NCBI GenBank assembly: GCA_000388065.2
Contig: KB932206.1
DNA length: 25,643 nucleotides
Direction: 5' to 3' (one strand)
Origin: Fonticula alba ATCC 38817
Lineage: Eukaryota > Protista > Nucleariida
In this document: piece after piece, positions 10,496-21,455 of the stretch
Position numbering within the stretch: position 1 is the stretch's first letter
How the letters are laid out: each line of letters begins with the position of its first letter
Notes under the pieces: generated by a model
Seen by the model: only the letters and a program-made list of their open reading frames with translations
What the model was told of the DNA's origin: nothing
The model's database searches: none
Program-made: the position numbers and the translations under genes

Positions 10496-11917
10496 TGTTG
10501 CGGTGAGCCGATGCTCGGCGGAGGGGGAGGGGGAGAGAGAGGGGGAGAGGGGNNNNNNNNNNGGGGGGGGGGGAGGGGAGGGGAAGAAAGATGGGGTGCG
10601 GCAGGGGCGGCGGAGGTGCAGGTGGCGTGACAACCACTGGGGCCTGGCTCCCCGGGTGTGGGGCACCTTTTGAATGGAGACCCACAGTGGCCGGGGATCC
10701 GGCCCTGGGGCACCGATCGAGGCCCGCCTGGCAGATGGGCCCCAGCAGTTGCAGGGGGAGGGGGGGGGGGACCCCCGGCATGGGGGCGGACAGGCGGAGG
10801 GCGGGCGAGGCGTGCGCGCCGGTGTCCGAGATCGCGCCACTTCCCCCGGTGCCTGTGCCTTCTCCGGCGCTCAACAGGGGCGGCAAGGGGGGCGGGGGCT
10901 CGCCCGGGCTGACGCCTGCAGGTCGGCGAACAGCACCCCGGGGGCAAGCCGGCACACCTGCCCCCGGTGTTATGGGAAAGCGCCTGCCCTTTGTGGCGCG
11001 GCGTCTGTGTTGTGGACTCGGGGTCGGCCGGGGGGGGGGCCGGGCGGGAGGCGGGCAGGGGGAGAGACCGAGGGGCGCAGAGGAAGGGGTGCCCCGGGGC
11101 GGGTGAGGGGCGAGAGGAGGACGCGGGGGGAGGGGCCGGGGGGGGGGGGGGGGGGGGGGAGGGGGAATAAGTCGACCGCCAAGGNNNNNNNNNNNNNNNN
11201 NNNNNNNNNNNNNNNNNNNNNNNNNNNNNNNNNNNNNNNNNNNNNNNNNNNNNNNNNNNNNNNNNNNNNNNNNNNNNNGGGGGGGGGGGGGGGGAGGCTG
11301 GGGCAGCTCAGCTCCGGGCGACCATCCACCCCGAGGCTGGGGGAGTGTTGTGTTCCCCGCCCCCGTCGCCTCTCCGGTCCGAGGACGCCTTGGGAGGAAA
11401 CCCGGGCCAGCGCCTGGGAGGCATCGCAGGGGCACGGCCCCGCGCCGCAGCGATCGGACCGGGGCCAGGGCCGCATTAGACAGGTGGGCCTGCCACGGGC
11501 GGGTGTCTCTCTCTTGTGAAAGCGCCACGGCGAATTGGCGCCTGGGCCGGCGAACAGGGCGCGCCCGGGGGGGGGGGGGGGGGGGGGGGAGCATGAAAAT
11601 CGGGCGCACACACACACACGTCAGGCCCGACACCGGCCCACCGCTGGACACGCGCGCACGCCAGAATGGGCCAGCCTCCCGGGCGGCGGCGGGGGCCGCC
11701 CCCTTTTTATTTTTATTTAAAGACGCATGATCCAGACATGCTCAGGCGCCCTCGGGCGCCGCGGTCCCCGCCGCGAGTCACATGCATGCTGTGGGTCCGT
11801 CGTTTCGCCACCCGTCGGACTGGTGGGCGCGCGGCTTTTCAGCCGGGGCGCTCCACGATCGCGCGCCGGGGCCGACGCACCCCCCCCTGCCCGCCTCTAC
11901 CCTACCCATCCACCCTT

Positions 11918-11952
<35 letters not shown>

Positions 11953-12017
11953 TCCTCGTCCGCCTCATCGCCCCCCATCGCCCTCCATCGCCCCCTTCCC
12001 TTCCCCGCCTCCGGTCC

Positions 12018-14353
12018 ATGCTCTACGGGAACGCCCTGCCCGGCAACAAGCCCCGGTCCGGGCATCCGGCCATGCCGGCCGGGAACTACGTCACCCTTGA
12101 GCGCCTGCTCAACAGCCCGGAGCTCGAGGGCGCCATCCTGTCTTCGTATGTGGTGGAGCTTCCCTGGCTGATTGCCCATCTGCCGGGGGTCCAGCGCGGC
12201 GTGCCGGTGGTCCTGATCGCGCACCAGGGCGCCGGGACCCCGGCCGAGGCGACCTCCCTCCGCTGCGCCGAGTACCCCTCGATGCGCATCCTGCTGCCTG
12301 CGTGTGCCGGGCGCGGGCTCTTCCACGCGAAGTTCATGCTGCTCTTCTACCGGCATTGCATTCGGCTGGTGGTGTCCTCGGCCAATCTCACCTCGCAAGA
12401 CTGGACCGGCGGCGTGGAGCAGTTCCTCTACACGGAAACCTTCCCCAACCTGGCGGCGCCGGCCGGGGCTGCGGCCGCCGGGGCCGGCGGCTTCCCCCTG
12501 GCGGTGCCCCCTCCGCCGGGGACCCTCTGCGCGTGGGGCGGGGACCTCCTGCGCGTGGATCTAGCCGGGTTCCTGCGCGATCTCGACATCCCGGAGGGCG
12601 TGTGGCGCAAGCGCCTCGATGAGGCGGACATGCGCGGGGCCGCGGCGCGTCTGGTTGCCAGCATTCCCGGCACCCACCGGGACAATCGGTATGGGGTCCG
12701 GCGCCTGGCCGAGCTGGCGGCCCAGCTCCAGCCGGCCCAGCCGCCCGGGGCCCGGGTCACGCTCGAGTGTGTCACCGGGTCTCTCGGGGCTCTGTCGGCG
12801 GATTTCATCCAGCAATTCACCCAGCCCACCGAGAAGTGTCTCAACCGGGGCGAAGGGGCCGCCCGAGTGTCGGTCCGTGCGGAGGTTCTCTTTCCCCCCC
12901 GGGCGGATGTCGAGGACTCGGCCTTCGGCCCGGCCGCCGCCACCACCATCTGCCTGCAGCGGCGCTTGTTCCAAGCGCCGTCCTTCCGCCGGGATGTCCT
13001 CCGGCGGTATGCACGACGCTCTTCCGATCTAACCGGGGCGAAGGGGCCGCCCGAGTGTCGGTCCGTGCGGAGGTTCTCTTTCCCCCCCGGGCGGATGTCG
13101 AGGACTCGGCCTTCGGCCCGGCCGCCGCCACCACCATCTGCCTGCAGCGGCGCTTGTTCCAAGCGCCGTCCTTCCGCCGGGATGTCCTCCGGCGGTATGT
13201 GTCGCGTCGGGTGGTGGCCGGCCGGGGGCTCTTGAGCCATGCGAAGATCCTGCGCCTGCGTGTGGACCTCCCGGCCCCGGGGCCGGAGGAGGCGGCGCGG
13301 GCCCGGCGCGAGGCCACGGCCCGCGCGGTGGAGCGGCGCCTGGCCGGCGGCGATGCGCCACCCCCGGCAGCCCCTCGGCCTGCTGTCCCGGCTGGCGCCG
13401 GCCGGCGGATGTTCTACCGCGGCCGGTGGGTGAGCATGGATGCCTCGGATGTCGGGGCCCTGTATTCGGCCCTCGGGGTCGGGGTGGATGGTGCTATCCC
13501 GGTGGTTCGGCGCCGGACGAATGTCATCGAGTCGCCGTGCGTCTCCACCCCGGCCAGCGCCAGTGTCTTTGGCCCGCCGGCCTCCGTGTCGCCCTTTTCC
13601 CAGATCCGGAGCGATGGCACCCGGCCCGGCGAGGAGTCCTCCCAATCGGACGAGGAGGAGGCCGACGCCCATGGTGATGCTGATGCGGTGGTGGATCTGA
13701 CCGACTCGCCGCCGCGCCGTGCGCCCGGCAAGATTGTCGGCTCCTGGCAGGATCTCCTTGGCCCGGTGGATCGGAAGCGCTCGGCTGCTCCGCCGGCGGC
13801 CTTCCAGCCGGCCAAGCGGTCGCGTGCGGCCCTGGCCGCCGGTCCTTTGGCCTCCTCGACCGCGGGCCCCGCACCGGAGGCCGCCTCGGCGTCTCTCAAA
13901 CAGGCCGGCGATGATGGCACGGACGTTCACCCGGGGCCGGTTGTCTCCAGCTCCCTGTGGCTGTATGTCGGCTCGCACAACTTCACCCAGTCGGCCTGGG
14001 GCGCCTGCTCAACCTCCAAAGTTACAGGCGAGGTCCTTTCCACACGCATCGTCAATTACGAGCTCGGTGTTCTCTTGGCTGGTGGGCCCGCCCTGGACCG
14101 TACGTTGCGTCCTCCCTGCGCCCACTCGCCCCTCCTAGTGCCGCCTTTTCCGTGGCGACCTCCTTCCTCCTCTTCTTTTCTTCCTCTCTCTCCGTCCCTT
14201 CCTCTCTCTCTCTCTCTCTCTATCCTGACCCAATCACTGCCTCCTCACACACGTCCATCCGTAGGCGCCCTGCCATATGAGAGTCCGGCGCCGAAATACG
14301 ACCCCCAGGACACGCCCTGGTTCGGCCTCGAGGCTGGCGACACCTCTCCATAG
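12018..14353 (+). CDS. TDP1: Tyrosyl-DNA phosphodiesterase 1 (~660 aa after removing the artefactual 188-nt insert)
   Basis: First HKN motif FHAKFMLLFYRHCIRLVVSSANL (His 12324); RLVASIPG; TGSLG; second motif LSHAKIL (His 13238)...WLYVGSHNFTQSAWG; NYELGVL; terminal exon 14265-14353 ALPYESPAPKYDPQDTPW after intron 14100-14264. Deleting 13012-13199 joins the two supplied ORFs into one frame. Start ATG 12018 is the best candidate but is not proven. Confidence 0.93.
13012..13030 (+). other. Illumina TruSeq adapter remnant embedded in the assembly
   Basis: CACGACGCTCTTCCGATCT is the 3' end of the Illumina read-1 primer/adapter ACACTCTTTCCCTACACGACGCTCTTCCGATCT. It sits between two identical 169-bp copies (12843-13011 and 13031-13199). 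Confidence 0.97.
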
Positions 14354-14782
14354 ACTTCCTCCGCTCCTTCCGCCGGTCGCCAACCGTTCGGGTGCAGAGA
14401 AATAGACACACGCTAGCATGCACATACGTTCCAGATTTGCGCTCCATGGGTGGCCTCCATGGGGGCGTGCCTTCGGGGTGGGTGGTGATGACACAAATAC
14501 CCCAAACTGTCCCACAACTGGCAGGTGAGACTCTTCTTAAAAGGCGCCCCGGTACATATGGTGTGCGCTGAGACCATAGCCCAGGCATGAGTGGGGCCTC
14601 TCCTCCCTCCTCTCCCCCCCCCCCCTCTCTCTCTCTCTTTCTCTCCCCACCACCACCCACACCCACCCACACCCACACCCACACAGACACACACAGATAC
14701 ATATAGACACACACAGACACACATATGCACGCTTCAGGATGGCGAGTGGATGGGCAGGGCACAACTGCGGCCCCACGTGTAT

Positions 14783-17504
14783 TCATCCAAGACCGGAGTG
14801 ACCCACCGAGAGGACACTGAAAGCAAGGGTGTCCCGAGTGGTAGAAGGGGAGAGAGAGAGAGAGAGGGCGGGAAGAGAGACAGGATTGGCTCACGCCGAG
14901 TAGGCCTTTGTGTGAGCAATGAAGTAGAGGAAAACCACGGCCGGCTGGCCGATGATCAGCGTCGACCAGAAGAAGAGGCTCCCCAGGAGGGTCTTCTTCA
15001 TGCGGGCGGTGGCCACCACGGCCAGTGGCTGGGCCAGCATGGCCAGCATGGCGTATGGCGGGGCCTTGCCGATCAGGCCCAGGGGCACGACGGCCAGAGC
15101 CTCGTGCGCCAGAGCCGAGATGATGAAAGACAGCAGGCCGGCCAGGACGCGCGATGCCGCGCCGGACTCCTGCAGGGGGAGATACACATGGGCGACGATG
15201 AAGTTGTGCACCGGGCCATTCCAGCTGCGCCAGAAGTACGCCTTCCGAGTGGCAGGGGTGAGGGAGGGGGGGGGGGAGGGGGAATAAGTCGACCGCCAAG
15301 GAGAGGCACCTCCAGATGGAAGCAGGGGAAAAAAGGCCCAAGAAGAAAGGGCACAGCAGCAGGGAACATACCACGGTGGTGGCATTCCACCAGTCGGAGA
15401 AGAACTGCCGGTCCGAGAAGCGGAGCAGCTCAGAAGTCATGTTGAGGAAAACATGGAAGTAAGCATAGAAGCCCACCAGCCAGATGAGCATGTTCGGGAC
15501 CATGATATGGAGGATGCGCTGACGGGGTTGGAAGGAGTCAGGGCTTGAGCGGATTCGTGGCGGTGGTGGTGGTGGTGGGAGGGGGGCATGGGCAGGTGGC
15601 AAGAGGCGCGCCGGGGGCGCGCATGGGGCCGGATTTCCCCCCCCCCCCCCGGCAAAAAAGATGGCAAGGGGTAACACGCACGGCCGCCAGAGCCAGGTAG
15701 TCCCCCTGCTCGAAGGCCACGATGCTGCCCTGCAGGGCAGGCTGCATCAGCTGCAGGGCCAGGAAAACCTCCAGAGCGCAGAAGAAGAGGAACTCGACAA
15801 AGCGCAGCGCGACAAAGCTCCAGTTGATGGACTGGGTGCGAGGGAAGATCGGCTGGTAGCAAAGGGTCGGCGCCAGGGAGAAGTAAAAGGCATCCCCGAG
15901 GGTGAGATTCTTCGGGTAGTTATTCAGCTTGTCGGCCACGATCTGCGAATACTTGGTGTTGGTGGGATCAGTCTCGGCCATTTTGGCGGCCAAGCGGAGG
16001 CCATCGTTCACAGCACCGTACGACCAGAGTTTCTGGATAGCCCGGCAGGCAGAGCACCCCATCAAGGTCGAGAGAGAGAGAGAGAGAGAGGAGGGGGGGG
16101 GGAGGAGGGGGAGTCAGTGCACTTGCTCATTGAAAAGATCCCCGGGGCCAGCCAGAGCGCGACCAATGGCAGCCGGGGGTGGGCATTGCCAGGAAGAGGG
16201 GGAGAGAAAGAGAGGGGGCCAGACGAACCGCAGAGTGGGAAGCCATGATGATGATGTTCACCGCGTTGAAGCAGATGTTGGTGTCCCAGTTGACCATGGC
16301 CCAGGTGGTGAATGCCAGGCACGAGCAAGAGAGCAATGCACGCAGGGTGAAGAATAGCCCGGTGTGCAGGCGCCCGGTCTTCTCGTAGATGGAGTGAGCT
16401 GCGACGAGGGACATGCCAGCCCGGGCAATCGGCGGTGGTGGCGGCGGCGGCGGCGACGGCAGCAGCAGCAGCAGTAGCAGCAACAGTAGCAGCAGCAGCA
16501 GCAATAGCAGCAGCAGCAGCAATAGCAGCAGCAGCAGCAATAGCAGCAGCAGCAGCAATAGCAGCAGCAGCAGCAATAGCAGCAGCAATGGGGCGGGTAC
16601 ATGACCGGGGCGGGGGGTGGGAGGCATGTGAGAAGGCGAGGCCGAGCAGGACCCCCTCAAAGGCGGCCAGCAACAAAAGACGACACCCGAAGAGGAGAAT
16701 GGCACGCACCGGTCCGCTGGATCAGCCAGCCGGCCAGGACAAAGAGGTTGAAGGAGAAAAGGATTTGCACGGACGGCGATGCCAGCAGCCCCGGGATGTT
16801 GACCAGGTCCCGGGCGAAGTTGGTGAACAGGTACATGGGGGTCAGCCAGCCATGCGTGACGATCGAGTCCAGGGCGTCACGGAGGGCCAGCAGCGCGAAG
16901 CCGAGGATTGCCAGCCGGATCCAGCCCAGGTAGGAGGGCGGGTGCTGGCTGCGGGGCCCCGGCGCAGCCACTGGAGCTGGCTTGACGTCAGGCAGAGGCC
17001 GGCGGACGCTTGGCTTCACCCAGGCCTCCAGGAGGAAGGGCATCAAGGGGGCTTTCGGCGAGTGCCGGTGGAAGATCGTCAGCGAGGAGTCCGAAATCCG
17101 TGGCGAGCGGTTGGCTGGCGACGTCCTCCCGCTGGAGACCTTGTTGTGGCTGCCCTTGTCGGCGACCTTCCGCTGGGGATGGGCTGGTGCCTGGTCACCA
17201 AGGGAGGGCAGGGGGAGCAGGGGGGGGGGGAGGGAGAGAGAGGGAGAGGCAGGCAGGCAAACAGCCATGAGGGATAGAGAGTCAGACAGTGGGCCCCAGA
17301 GCAAGGTAAGGCAAGACAAGCGGCGGCGGCGGCGGGGGGGGGGGGGGGGGAGATCCGCTCCTCTCCCCCGTCCCCCCCCCCCTCTCCCCCGGGTCCCCTG
17401 GGGAGGAGGGCGGATGGGAAAGGGGAGGGAGGGAGAGAGGGAGGCGGAGTCACCTTCTTGTGTACCGTGGTGGTCGAGGCAGCCCCGGACTCGGAGACGG
17501 TCAT
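14783..17504 (-). CDS. DGAT1: Diacylglycerol O-acyltransferase 1 (MBOAT family, ~526 aa)
   Basis: Exons 17504-17454, 17190-16710, 16398-16229, 16032-15682, 15518-15372, 15241-14895 and probably 14816-14783 (stop at 14891 if the last intron is retained). Motifs: KLWSY, YPKNLTL, APTLCYQPIFPRT, IWLVGFYAYFHVFLN, SELLRFSDRQFFSDWWN, YFWRSWNGPVH, SALAHE (catalytic His), GQP. Confidence 0.93.
16461..16589. repeat. (AGC)n-AAT repeat with an 18-nt period in DGAT1 intron 2
   Basis: Repeated agcagcagcagcagcaat units, flanked by a (GGC/GGT)n tract. Confidence 0.9.
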
Positions 17505-17695
17505 GGCTGGGGATCCGCGCGGAAACGGGGGCCGGAAGGGAGCAAAGGAGAGGGGGGGAGGGAGGGAGCAGGGAGGGAGGAGGGGATAGGAGGGGAGGGG
17601 CGCCATATGCTGTCTTGATCTGCCAGGCAGGTCAGCCGGAGCCTGGAGCGGGCTCCCTTCAGTGCCCGTTGCCGGTGCCCCACCGGCAGGCAGTT

Positions 17696-17743
17696 GGCCC
17701 GGAAGAGGGCCCGGAAGAGGGCCCGGAAGAGGGCCCGGACGAG
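17696..17743. repeat. 12-bp tandem repeat (GGCCCGGAAGAG) x4 upstream of DGAT1
   Basis: Three perfect copies and a fourth with one A>C change. Confidence 0.9.
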
Positions 17744-18778
17744 GTCGTACTTGTGCGCACAGGCACCGGGCCCCGTTGGGACCCCACCGTGCCCGGTTGG
17801 ACCGCCGGTATTCCTGGCGTGTGCGCGCGCGCGCGCGCGCGGCCTTGCCTGAGTCCATTTCCCTGTGGGAATCTGCCAGGCGATGCTCCTCCCGAGCAGG
17901 GGACCGGTGTCTTACCGCTCTCTCGGTCTCCGTGTCGCTTTCTTGTTCTTCCGCTCGTCCACCCTCTCGCTCCCAAGCGAACAGCCCCGCGAAAGTCGGC
18001 GACGGCGACGGCGACGGCGACGGCGGCAACGGCCCCGGAACTTCGCTCGTCCCAAGATCCAGGGTGCCAATGGTGGCTTCTTGGCACGCCGGCAGGCCCG
18101 GCCCCAAGTGCCGGCGACGACATTCCCCCGGACAGCCAGCGGGGCCAGCTGCTTTCCTGTGGGGCAGCCCTGCCCGCGCCCCCTGTTTTCCCGGCCCTCC
18201 GTCGCCACTGCCCCCAAGTTGGCCGGCTTCGCCCCAGCCTCGGACGCTCAAAAGGAGTGGGGGGGGGCGCGAGGGGGCAATGCAGGGGGGGGGGGGGGGG
18301 GAACAGGACACAATGTGGTTTTTCCCCTTCCCAGGAGATTGATGCGTGTCAAAGGCAACCTGTAATGGGGCGCACGTGGACGTATCACATGCCGCCCATT
18401 ACCCCACAATCGCCATCGCCTAAACGTCGACACCAATAACAACCAAGAAAACAAACCCCCACCGGTGGATTGCCCCCCCCCCCCCCCCCCCTTCTCGGCC
18501 CCCTGCCACCTTCTCTGGACTGTCGGCAAAGGGGAAGCACGGAGAAATGAAAAAAAAAAAAAAAAGGGCACACCAGGACCGAGACAGCCGTGCATTCTTC
18601 CTGGGCGGGAATCTATTTTTTTCACTTGATCCGCACGCGGGTCTTCCCCGCTTGCTCCCTCCCCTGCCCTTGCCACCCGGCGCGGCGTTATCTTTTCCCG
18701 GCCCCACCACGACTCGAGGGGCCTTCGCCGTCATCGTAGATCGCGCGGCAGCCGGCCCCCGGGGCGCACGCGCGCATG

Positions 18779-20439
18779 CTAGTGCGCGCATCGGGGCGCC
18801 GTGTTACGCATCCAGAGAACCACATTGCTGCGACGGCCATCCGGGTCGATGGGCAGAGCCGCATGGCGCACAGCCCCGAGGTGCAGCTGACCATGCCCCG
18901 GGGCCTGAGACAGGCGCTCCGAATTTTGCACATCAACCGCTTGATCCTCCTCGGGCTTGGCGCCGCCCGGGGCGCCCGACACCCCGAGAAGCATCAGGTC
19001 CCCGCCGGTGAAGGCGACCGCAGTGCACCCGGCCGGCAGGGCAGCGGCCTGCTCATCACCAGGCAGGGCAAGCTGGTGCCCAGCGGGCGGGGGCTCCTGG
19101 AAGTCCCCGACACAGGCGTTGAGCGTGACGTGCGAGTCGTCCGTGTGCGGGTCGAGGGCCACATCGCCGGCCGGCCGGCCATCCTCCAGCCGGAAGGAGT
19201 TGTACTGGATGGCGAAGGCATAGACAAAGTCCAAGGCCGCGGCCGCGGGGAAGGCCACATTGAAGTTGGGCCATGGCTTCGGGCCGGAGGGCAGGGCCAG
19301 CTCCGTGGACACCGGCTGGGGGTGGCATCCGGGCCCGTGTGCGCCGGCCGGCGCCGGGCCCGGCGCAGGGGCCGGCGCATCGCCAAAGAGGGCCTTTGAC
19401 AAGGGGCCCAGGAAGAACTTCATCTGTCCTCATGGGGGGAGGTGTGTGTCCGGCCGGTGGAGGCGCCAGGCGAGCGGCAGGGCGTCAGCACCCGGTCGAA
19501 GGGAGGGGGCCGGGGGCGAGAGCGGGCAAGAAAGTCACAAGGCCGCAGGCCCGCTCCTGGTCACGCACCAGAGTATCCATGAGCTTGTCAAGGCCGAGCT
19601 GCAGCAGGGCCAGGCCATACTTGTTCATGCTGTTCGGGCGCGTGGTGGGCATGCCGGCCTCATTGAAGTGGCGAATCTCCGCAGCGAGAAGCCTGTCCGC
19701 CACAAGACCCACGGATGAGGGGAGGGGAGGGGAGGGGGGGGGGACGTGTTGGATGAGAAATGAGCGGAGGCAGCGGCGAGAGGGGGGCAAAAGGAAAGAG
19801 AGCCCGGCCTCGCGCCCCGCCCGCCCCGAGGTGGCGGCAAGAGCGAGGCACGCACGCGCAGAAGTCCAGCCGGAAGACCGGCAGACTGACGAGGAAGTTG
19901 GCCGTCGATTCGACCTTCAGCAGGGCCCGGAGGAGGTGCTCCGGCGGGCAATCCGGCACCGGGGCCGCCGGGCCGAGCCGCGCATCGACCGGGAGCTGGA
20001 AGGCCCGGAGCAATTCCGGCGCCGCCCACAAGCCCACCTGCTCGGCGAATTCCGGGGCCAGGATCTGCGGGAAGGCCGGGGTGTAGTGGCGCTGGACATA
20101 GGCATCCAAGGCCTGCTTCATGCCCTCAATGCGGGCCGGATCGATGGGCCGGCGTTCCGGGCCGGCGGCCGGCGCATGCTCCGCCTCGTCGTCCGAGCCG
20201 TACACCTCGTCGTAGGTGACCACCTGGAACTGGCTGCCGGCCAGTTCGGCGAACACCCCGGGCGGGTCATTGTCCGGGTCATGGTACACGGCCAGCGATT
20301 TGGTGTCAATCAGGCAGGGCAGCACGTCGCCGGGAATGAGGAAGAAGGCGCGCAGCAGGGCATTGTCCACCAGGTGTGCGGCAACCGAAATCTCGAAGCC
20401 CTCCTTCGACCGGAGGTTCATGCGTGGCGCGGCAGACAT
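18779..20439 (-). CDS. OGFOD2: 2-oxoglutarate/Fe(II)-dependent oxygenase, OGFOD2-like (~450 aa)
   Basis: Exons 20439-19856, 19692-19569, 19423-18779. RPNSMNKYGLALLQLGLD matches OGFOD2 RPNTMNNYG; HxD motif LDPHTDDSHVTLN; FTGGDL; distal His RHAALPI; 2OG-binding Arg RSNVVLWMR. Confidence 0.85.
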
Positions 20440-20524
20440 GGCTGGAGACACTGCGGACGAGGCGCGCTTTGCGGGGCTGGGGGCGGCCAGAGGGACACGG
20501 GGGAAGGCAAGCACTGGGGGGGGG

Positions 20525-21455
20525 NNNNNNNNNNNNNNNNNNNNNNNNNNNNNNNNNNNNNNNNNNNNNNNNNNNNNNNNNNNNNNNNNNNNNNNNNNNN
20601 NNNNNNNNNNNNNNNNNNNNNNNNNNNNNNNNNNNNNNNNNNNNNNNNNNNNNNNNNNNNNNNNNNNNNNNNNNNNNNNNNNNNNNNNNNNNNNNNNNNN
20701 NNNNNNNNNNNNNNNNNNNNNNNNNNNNNNNNNNNNNNNNNNNNNNNNNNNNNNNNNNNNNNNNNNNNNNNNNNNNNNNNNNNNNNNNNNNNNNNNNNNN
20801 NNNNNNNNNNNNNNNNNNNNNNNNNNNNNNNNNNNNNNNNNNNNNNNNNNNNNNNNNNNNNNNNNNNNNNNNNNNNNNNNNNNNNNNNNNNNNNNNNNNN
20901 NNNNNNNNNNNNNNNNNNNNNNNNNNNNNNNNNNNNNNNNNNNNNNNNNNNNNNNNNNNNNNNNNNNNNNNNNNNNNNNNNNNNNNNNNNNNNNNNNNNN
21001 NNNNNNNNNNNNNNNNNNNNNNNNNNNNNNNNNNNNNNNNNNNNNNNNNNNNNNNNNNNNNNNNNNNNNNNNNNNNNNNNNNNNNNNNNNNNNNNNNNNN
21101 NNNNNNNNNNNNNNNNNNNNNNNNNNNNNNNNNNNNNNNNNNNNNNNNNNNNNNNNNNNNNNNNNNNNNNNNNNNNNNNNNNNNNNNNNNNNNNNNNNNN
21201 NNNNNNNNNNNNNNNNNNNNNNNNNNNNNNNNNNNNNNNNNNNNNNNNNNNNNNNNNNNNNNNNNNNNNNNNNNNNNNNNNNNNNNNNNNNNNNNNNNNN
21301 NNNNNNNNNNNNNNNNNNNNNNNNNNNNNNNNNNNNNNNNNNNNNNNNNNNNNNNNNNNNNNNNNNNNNNNNNNNNNNNNNNNNNNNNNNNNNNNNNNNN
21401 NNNNNNNNNNNNNNNNNNNNNNNNNNNNNNNNNNNNNNNNNNNNNNNNNNNNNNN
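20525..21455. other. Assembly gap (931 N); further gaps at 4862-4975, 10553-10562, 11185-11278, 23025-23034, 24835-24844
   Basis: N runs; most gap edges abut G/C homopolymers. Confidence 0.99.

Noticed and set aside
11704-11720. AT island TTTTATTTTTATTTAAA as a TATA box for TDP1
   Set aside because: Plausible but not supportable without TSS data; it is ~300 bp from the ATG and could serve either divergent gene or simply exclude nucleosomes.
12843-13199. TDP1 as a pseudogene, programmed frameshift or genuine internal tandem duplication
   Set aside because: The spacer is an Illumina adapter and the copies are identical; this is an artefact.
16127-16705. Poly-Leu 'transmembrane' ORF, and poly-Ala, poly-Ser and Cys-Tyr repeat ORFs in other frames
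   Set aside because: All are readings of the (AGC)n-AAT repeat inside DGAT1 intron 2 (311 nt, GT-AG, not a multiple of 3).
17696-17743. CRISPR-like or mobile-element repeat
   Set aside because: Contiguous 12-bp units with no spacers, in a eukaryotic context, with no transposase or terminal repeats.
18770-18790. GCGCGCA/TGCGCGC hairpin over the OGFOD2 stop codon (recoding or SECIS idea)
   Set aside because: The stop is TAG, the stem is short and expected by chance at this GC content, and there are no SECIS features.
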